Shown here: positions 1 to 5,541 of the stretch, piece by piece | Layout of the letters: each line of letters starts with the position of its first letter | How positions within the stretch are numbered: position 1 is the stretch's first letter | Assembly: GCA_001179505.1 (NCBI GenBank) | Contig: CDMY01001035.1 | Span: 1-5,541, forward strand | Source of the DNA: Vitrella brassicaformis CCMP3155 | Taxonomy: Eukaryota > Protista > Chromerida | Direction: 5' to 3' | DNA: 5,541 nt | Notes under the pieces: model-generated | Databases searched by the model: none | Told to the model about the DNA's origin: nothing | What the model saw: only the letters and a program-made list of their open reading frames with translations | Program-made: the position numbers and the translations under genes

Positions 1-1170
1 CTCGATCCCGAGAAGGGGGAGAGATTTGGCAGCCCCGAGTGCTTCAGAGGCCTCAGCGATGAGTCTGGGTGACGCCCACGCTGCCCAAAATCGTCGGGCA
101 TCTCTTCCTTTTTGGCGAGCTGTTTGGCGATTTTCGCTCCAGAAATCGTTTGCGGTCCAAGGGAAGACGGCCTGATCGCCACACTCATTGCTTGTCCAGA
201 TCCAACCATCGGAGATGACGTCGACGTCGTGGCCGTTCGTCTCTTCCCGCTGCCTCTTCTGTCGCAAGATGGCCTCTGCTATCGCCACGTCCAGCTGGGG
301 TTCGCTGCTGATGCCCATGACTTTTCGGGGTTCGTCAACATCTCGGTCTACATATCCCCTGTCTTCACCGGCGTCTGCCAGCGGCAGTTGGGGCTTGTTC
401 CGTCGACGAGGTCATTCAGATGAGCGACCTGGACGAGCTATCGCGTGCAGGGGTCCTGCAGAACGTCACCATGGTGCGCTTGGTGCTCAACCCCAACAAG
501 ATGCGCGGGACGACGGACGGACGGCGTCACGGCTCTCCACTTGGCGGCATCGCGAGGCAGCCTCGATGTCAGATCACCAACTATCGCCCTTGTGCGTGGC
601 CGTCATGGTCAGCGACGGCGCTATGGCCGCACTGCTCTCGAGAGCTGGCGCTGACGCGGAGCTGCCGTGCCTGAATGACGAGGAAGGCTGAGAGGATTCG
701 AGTAAGGATGTCCTCTACATCAAGGCACCGCTCCTCATTGCAGCAAAGTACGGCAAGCACAAGGCCATCGAGGCGCTATAGCATGAAGCCAATGTGAAAG
801 CTACCGACCCACGAGGCTTCACGGCCCTCACTTTGCCGCCATACAGAAGGACTTCTTTCACACTCGTCTGCTGAGGACTCGTCGGCAGTATGCAGCGGTC
901 GCCTCTCTCCTTCTCTGTCACGGCTTCCCTATGCTTGACGCGACTCAGCAGAACGGCTGGTCTGCCTTCGATCTCGCTTGTCGGGGCTCTTTACGACCGC
1001 GGGCCCGACAGATGATCGATATCGGCGTGGCCGGCGGCCGTTATGGTCCCCTGCTCAAGCTCCCGGTTTCTTTCTTCAAGCAATCGCTCCTCGGGCTGGG
1101 TTGCATCAAGCTGTGGGAGGCCGGGCATGGTGGTCGGCAGAGCGTCGCTGAGACGATGCGTCGCGCCATA

Positions 1171-1264
1171 GTCAGTGGTCGGGGAGATACGTTTGTGGCC
1201 GTCAACGCATCCGCATGGCCACGAAGCATCCTCATGGAGATTGACTTGCACCCCTTCTCAACAG
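1171..1264 (+). other. Probable intron of the ankyrin-RING pseudogene, 94 nt
   Basis: ATA|gtcagt ... ccccttctcaacag|AGA. Phase 0 joins frame 1 (..MRRAI) to frame 2 (RNPTAIKPDVE). Confidence 0.6.
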
Positions 1265-1399
1265 AGAAATCCTACCGCTATCAAGCCAGATGTGGAGCCT
1301 ACAGCCATGGAGGTCATCAACACTCTGAGTGTCGTAGAAGGTGGCTCGCCTGAAGGGTCGCTCGTCAGGCGGTGGCTCTTTGTTGCGATCCTGTGCGAT

Positions 1400-1543
1400 G
1401 TATGTGGCTGTGTGGCCGTCGGGGTGTGGTTGCCTGAGCCGTGGCCAAAGACAGCCGACTCGACGGCTCAGCAGCGGCACCGTAGGCGCCAGACGGGGCG
1501 GCGAGGGCGATGCGCGGCCAGGAGAGGCGCCGTCCCACCCCAG
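1400..1543 (+). other. Probable intron pair (1400-1454 and 1482-1543) flanking a 27-nt exon (1455-1481) in the pseudogene
   Basis: GAT|gtatgt..aagacag|CCG and ACC|gtaggc..cccaccccag|GCG, both phase 0, giving ILCD|PTRRLSSGT|ADEQKS. Ambiguous because frame 2 is also open throughout. Confidence 0.4.
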
Positions 1544-1620
1544 GCGGACGAGCAGAAGTCGGCGAGAGCTATTGCTCAGCTCAAGAGGGACCTTCAGGGG
1601 GCCATAGAGGAGAAAGACAG

Positions 1621-1679
1621 GTAGGGCACAGACATGGACACGCACCGACAAACCCGCAATTGCCGTGGCTGTGCGTCAG
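1621..1679 (+). other. Intron of the ankyrin-RING pseudogene, 59 nt
   Basis: AG|gtaggg ... ctgtgcgtcag|G. Removes the TAG at 1622-1624 and joins EEKDR to LELGIAALR. Confidence 0.85.
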
Positions 1680-1788
1680 GTTGGAGCTGGGCATTGCGGC
1701 GTTGCGGACCAATTGCGACAAGATGACAGCATCCCTGCGGCCTCTCGAGCCAGTGGCACGACGAGCTGCTCCAGGAGGCGGCCAAAGG

Positions 1789-1856
1789 GTACGCATGAGT
1801 GCAGCTCAGACAGACAGATGGATGGATGCATGGGCGTATGATCATTGGCCTCCCAG
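1789..1856 (+). other. Intron of the ankyrin-RING pseudogene, 68 nt
   Basis: GG|gtacgc ... cctcccag|G. Contains CAGA/GATG micro-repeats. Joins WHDELLQEAAK-G to LTRERLG. Confidence 0.75.
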
Positions 1857-2623
1857 GTTGACAAGGGAGCGTTTGGGTGCCGTCAACGACCCCAAGGCCG
1901 TCCATGAGTTCAAGCGGCAGATCAAGGAGAGGCAACAGCAGCTGCTGGCCCTCTTTGCCGTGGCCAGCATGCTGCATGCCTTGGTCGCCATCAAGTGGGG
2001 GTCCCTCCGGTACTTCGACAAGCCCCCGACGCTCGTGTGTTCCCCCTGCAAGCATCCGAGTCTCTGTGCGGCGTGCTACGAAGGACTCCTGCGCTGTCAC
2101 GAGGCGGCCAAGAGAGAGAAGCAGCGGCTCGAGAGAGCCCACAGGCGGCTGCCGGACGCCGTGCGGCGTGATGCCGTCCTCAGGTACCCCTACTGCAGGG
2201 CGACAGCTGAGTCTCCACATAACGACTTAAATGCAGCTGGGGGGAGGAGGGCGGGAGTTGTACAGTCCTGGTTTTAAGAAAGGTCGACTGCCTGTCTGTT
2301 CTGACCGTTCTTGCTGCTTGCATAACTGCGTCAGCTGCGCAGGGTAGCAGCCATTAGCCTCCATTCTGGGGGACAGTGTGTGCCGTGTGTGGTTTAGGTC
2401 CCGTGCTGTCTGATTTATGCCGATTGTGGTGTGTCTGTATCTGTGTGCGTGTGATGATGGATGGACTGCAGGATGATGTCGACGTGTCCATTTCAAGTTC
2501 GTCTGTGCAGCGACCCACGCAGAGCCACCCAAACTAGCCCCAGTCTTGATATGTTGGCTGATGCCGACGTCAGCATCAGGCAGCCCTCGTCCGTCAATCT
2601 GTACAGCTACCTGGTCACTCGTC

Positions 2624-2643
2624 CACACACACACACACACACA
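2624..2643. repeat. (CA)10 microsatellite, with a shorter CA run at about 2656-2665
   Basis: Direct reading: cacacacacacacacacaca. Confidence 0.95.
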
Positions 2644-2761
2644 TACTCCGTCACCCACACACACATCGCAGCTATGCTATGCACCCCATAAGTGTCGTCA
2701 GCTAAGAGAATGGCCCCGCTGCCCCTCTGCTATGAATGATCCACCACACACAACAGCCGGC

Positions 2762-2860
2762 CTGACAGACACCACCATCAACACACACGCACACACAGAG
2801 AGAAAACGAGCAGACACGAACGTGGTCATATCTGATCACGAATGAGTGCCATTTCCCCAC
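2762..2860 (-). other. Probable 3' UTR intron starting 2 nt after the stop codon, 99 nt
   Basis: TGA AG|gtgggg ... ctctgtgtgtgcgtgtgtgttgatggtggtgtctgtcag|; same GT-rich acceptor style as the coding introns. Confidence 0.55.
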
Positions 2861-2862
2861 CT

Positions 2863-5057
2863 TCAGGCGTTGCGAACTTCAGTCACGACGGTGAAGTCTG
2901 GCCCACGGTGCTCGTGTCTGATTGTGAAGCCCTCGATGACATTGTTGGCGCCGTCAGGGAGGGAGGCCTCGATGGAAGCATGCTGCTCAGCTGTCGTGTC
3001 GTCGACCGTCAGCCCCACACGCCGCAGGCCCCTGATGTGCGGGATCGCCGACGAGAGGCTGGTGCGGACGAAGATGCCGGCATCCTGTACACCATCGGGC
3101 ACTGAAGGGGAGGGAACACACAGACAAGGCAGCAATGAGGATGGACGGGCACACTTCTCTCAGCGTACGGGTCAGCTCGAAGTCTAGTTCCCTGATCGTC
3201 GGCAACTCGTTGGCCGCCCCCACCAGCTGGGCGACGCCGATGTCCCCCACCGACACCGTACCCACCTCCCTGTCCCTCCCCAGATCCGTCAACACGCCCA
3301 CCTTCTCCTCGGCACCCGACACCCTTCGAATGTCCACCCTCCCCACCTTCTTGGGCATCTTGCTGGTGAACAGCCGGGCGGCTGCACCACCCAGCCTGCT
3401 CCGGACGTCCAGCTCTGAGGCTTCGGGGAACGGCTTGAGATGGCTGATGATGGCGGGGTGGGGCGGTGGGGTGTTGGCGGGGGGGTGGAAGCCAGGGGCC
3501 CTCTCGACCTCTACGTGCGTGGCCTTGTCAAATGAGAGGCTGGATGCGATATCGATGGCTGACGGGCTGGGGTCGCTGTGCGGGTCGGTGATGCCGTCCT
3601 GAGTGAAGACGTAGTACACACCCGTGGCCTGCTCTGCCAGCTGCTGTATCATGCTCTTGAGTGAGGGTGAGGGGTGGGTGGCGAACACGTCGTGGTAGAA
3701 GATGGAGAGGTCGAAGCGGAAACCGGTCAGGTTGGTGACCGTGAGTGGGGCGTTTGGCAGGCAGCACGCGCCGACCATTCGGTCCAGGGCCAGCAGCACC
3801 GGCAATGTCGGGCGGCTGATGCTGGCATCGTGACCGGCCGCTGCAGCATAATCCACACTCCTGTCCACGTGCAGCTCCTTGAGTGACCGTCGGCAGCCAC
3901 GCGCAACGAGCACTTTCTGCAAACAAGAACACACACACATGCAGGAAGGACATCATGAGCCAATCCACGGGCGCTGCTGGTCTGCCCTTTGTGGTCACCT
4001 CAAGCCGATCTATGCCCGCCGGATTGTCCTCTCTCACCACGATGGTGCCGATGCTCTCCAGCTGAGCGAGTGGCCCTCCCTGCTGCCCAACAGGTGTCGC
4101 AGGGATGCGCTCGAACACATCCGCCCACTCCTCATCCGCAAAGCGACCGTCCACACACCGCAGTGAGCGGGACGAGCTGATGAACTGGCCCAATCTGTCA
4201 GCGTCCCAATTGCGTTGCTTCGCGGTGGCGAGTGAGGGCATCCGCCAGCTCCGGTTGGCCAGACCATCATGCCAGAGGGTCAGGCCGGTAATGGTGGTGA
4301 GTGCGTCGAGGGTCGGGGGCGGGTCGAGAGGAGCGGGGAGGCGCGGATGAGTCCTCGAGAGTCTCGCCGTGCCGGTCAGCCGAACACCTTGGATGGTGAT
4401 GGTCTGCAGGGTCCCTTCGGTGAGGTTGGCTGCCCGTCGGCCGGCAATGTCAATGATGGCCACAAAGACGTCGAAACACCACGTGAAACGGCTGGGACCG
4501 AGAGGGTACCGGAGGGTGATTGACGTGAGGCGGGTGAGTCGTGCGGCCAGCTGGGTGACGAAGGCGAGATGGACGTGCTGCCAAAACAACCGCTCCTCCT
4601 TGGACGACCGCTCCTCCTTGGTGGCTGAGCTGATGGTGACGTCCGAGAGGTGGGGTGCGGCGTGCGGCCAGATGGACCTGGCCAGCTGCACCATCAGATT
4701 GATGGGCAAGAAGGCCATCATGTAGCTGAGAAGGCCCTCCTGAAGCACAGCCACACAGCACACGGGACGGCAAGAGATTTCCATCAGTATACGCATTCCC
4801 TCAGTGGGTCGGTGCCACACTCACCGTGTCAGTGATTTGTTGCCGAAGGTTCTGCTCCCTCTCCTCTCGTCGCTGCCGCTCCTCGTCACTCTCAACACCA
4901 CCACAACCACCACCACCAGCCGCACCACGAGCACCGCCACGAGTCCTCTTGACCTGCACCCATACACCAAACACAGACAGCCAACATCCGTCTGGTGAAA
5001 TGCGCCATTCATTGCCAGCGGTGCTGTGATGCGCCTCGCCTGTCTATCGTCCTCCAT
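2863..5057 (-). CDS. Intact 5-exon gene, 624 aa, of a Vitrella-type lineage-expanded hypothetical protein family. It has a Gly-rich/charged N-terminus, an F-box-like segment and degenerate LRR-like motifs. Exons: 5040-5057, 4825-4953, 3999-4739, 3169-3916, 2863-3101.
   Basis: Exon lengths 18+129+741+748+239 = 1875 nt = 624 aa + TGA. All junction phases are compatible (0,0,0,1) and join ORF-track frames 3528..4820, 2987..3940 and 2863..3135. Spliced junctions read MEDDRQ|VKRTRGG, QITDT|EGLLSY, IDRLE|KVLVARG and ELT-L|PDGVQD. The family assignment is from recollection of Vitrella proteins, not a search. Confidence 0.85.
3102..3168 (-). other. Intron 4 of the minus-strand gene, GT-AG, 67 nt
   Basis: C|gtacgc ... 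gtgtgttccctccccttcag|TG; phase 1; joins to the ORF 2863..3135 frame. Confidence 0.9.
3917..3998 (-). other. Intron 3 of the minus-strand gene, GT-AG, 82 nt
   Basis: GAG|gtgacc ... gtgtgtgtgttcttgtttgcag|AAA; phase 0; switches between the two long ORF frames. Confidence 0.92.
4589..4621. repeat. In-frame tandem duplication: 15-bp identical copies with an 18-bp period, encoding KEER-SS-KEER
   Basis: accgctcctccttgg at 4589-4603 and 4607-4621. Confidence 0.9.
4740..4824 (-). other. Intron 2 of the minus-strand gene, GT-AG, 85 nt
   Basis: ACG|gtgagt ... gtgtgctgtgtggctgtgcttcag|GAG; phase 0. Confidence 0.92.
4897..4917. repeat. Interrupted (ACC)n / (GGT)n trinucleotide run encoding GGGGCGG in exon 2
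   Basis: acc acc aca acc acc acc acc. Confidence 0.85.
4954..5039 (-). other. Intron 1 of the minus-strand gene, non-canonical GC-AG, 86 nt
   Basis: Donor CAG|gcgagg and acceptor ...gtgtatgggtgcag|GTC. Removal gives MEDDRQVKRTRGG in frame with exon 2. Without removal the ATG frame stops at 4821-4823. Confidence 0.7.
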
Positions 5058-5169
5058 GGTTGGCTGTTGTAGATCTGACTCAGCGGCTGGGCTCTCCGCT
5101 GCGATGAGAACTCCAAGACCTTCTCTGAGGCCGCTAATTAACCAATGCTCACATCTATGACGTCCCTCC

Positions 5170-5246
5170 CTGACGCACAAACACACACAGCACATGAGGG
5201 CAGCACCGATGGCGAATTCGCCCTCTCTCTGCCCCTTCTGGCGTAC
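5170..5246 (-). other. Probable 5' UTR intron, 77 nt
   Basis: GAG|gtacgc ... gtgctgtgtgtgtttgtgcgtcag|. The upstream frame in phase with the CDS has a TGA at 5264-5266 and no ATG before the junction, so this is not an N-terminal extension. Confidence 0.6.
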
Positions 5247-5541
5247 CTCAGGACGACGTGATGTCAGTCTGTCAGTCCAAGGAGCGGTAAGAGGGCTCGG
5301 CCGCCCCTCGATGCTGCGCAGCGCAAGGGTGCCTGCGTTGCAACGGAGGATGCATCAATCAGCACCTTGCTCAGCACATTGAATGAGTGGCGCCATCTCA
5401 CCTGCAGCTCAGCTGATACGCCCCGTCGGTGGTTAGTTAGCTACGCTCTCCGCCAGTCAGCCGACCTCGTGTGGTCTGGGCGTGTCTATTGGCCTTCCTC
5501 CAAGAAAGGCAATGCGAGCTCAAATGCAGAGTTCAATTCGC

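Larger units (their letters stand above)
402..2277 (+). pseudogene. Decayed ankyrin-repeat / coiled-coil / RING-HC (C3HC4-like) protein gene; the 5' limit is uncertain
   Basis: Ankyrin motifs are split across frames: DGVTALHLAASRGSLDV (520-570), LSPLCVAV..AALLSRAGAD (581-655), APLLIAAKYGKHKAIEAL*HEANVKATDPRGFTAL[H]FAA (725-840) and QNGWSAFDLAC (949-981). A coiled-coil-like stretch follows (ADEQKSARAIAQLKRDLQ, FKRQIKERQQQLL), then the RING remnant FDKPPTLVCSPCKHPSLCAAC...YPYCR (2014-2199) and TAA at 2275-2277. Lesions: 4-nt duplication at 513-524, deletion of about 44 nt at ~570, TGA 689-691, TAG 779-781, 1-nt deletion at ~829, extra 1 nt at ~1741. Confidence 0.8.

Noticed and set aside
217-228. 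Perfect 12-bp palindrome GACGTCGACGTC
   Set aside because: It is short, isolated and compatible with chance in GC-rich DNA. It also simply encodes DVDV.
689-781. In-frame TGA and TAG inside ankyrin repeats read as stop-codon reassignment or readthrough
   Set aside because: They co-occur with several frameshifts and a deletion. The neighbouring 624-aa gene has no internal stops under the standard code. Ordinary decay explains them.
888-951. Candidate intron gtatgc...cag between ankyrin repeats
   Set aside because: The donor is phase 2 and the acceptors at 948 and 951 are phase 0. The repeat spacing fits neither splicing nor retention, so the boundaries cannot be supported.
2227-2664. 145-aa minus-strand ORF and overlapping plus-strand ORFs in the intergenic region
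   Set aside because: They begin in or cross CA/GT microsatellite (VCVCVC, HTHTHT translations) and show no recognisable motif. They are likely UTR or intron sequence.
3135-4773. Many plus-strand ORFs antisense to the main gene
   Set aside because: These are shadow ORFs, expected opposite a GC-rich coding sequence. They have no domain signal.
5264-5332. Minus-strand APLRCAASRGGRALLPLL resembling an ankyrin repeat
   Set aside because: It is a single short match with stops on both sides, no start codon and no second repeat, so it cannot be told apart from chance.
1-5541. Transposon, CRISPR, prophage or RNA gene explanation
   Set aside because: I saw no terminal repeats, target-site duplications, transposase or RT motifs, spacer arrays, or tRNA/rRNA-like sequence. 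The window is explained by spliceosomal genes.

Overview
This is GC-rich, intron-containing eukaryotic DNA with short GT-AG introns (about 55-100 nt) that have CA-rich 5' ends and GTGT-rich 3' ends. The intron style and gene family resemble the chromerid alveolate Vitrella brassicaformis; that is my inference and was not checked against a database. Two genes face each other tail-to-tail. (1) Minus strand, 5057->2863: an apparently intact 5-exon gene, join(5040-5057, 4825-4953, 3999-4739, 3169-3916, 2863-3101), encoding 624 aa (MEDDRQ|VKRTRGG...EVRNA*). It has a GC-AG first intron, an F-box-like helical segment and degenerate LRR-like motifs. Intron-like segments also lie in both UTRs. (2) Plus strand, about 402->2277: a decayed ankyrin-repeat + coiled-coil + RING-HC gene with frameshifts, an internal deletion, in-frame stops and lost zinc-ligand cysteines. 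I found no mobile element, RNA gene or CRISPR array. I cannot show a wholly new system from this window. The best lead is a lineage-expanded, possibly F-box/LRR-like family beside a dying ankyrin-RING E3 gene.
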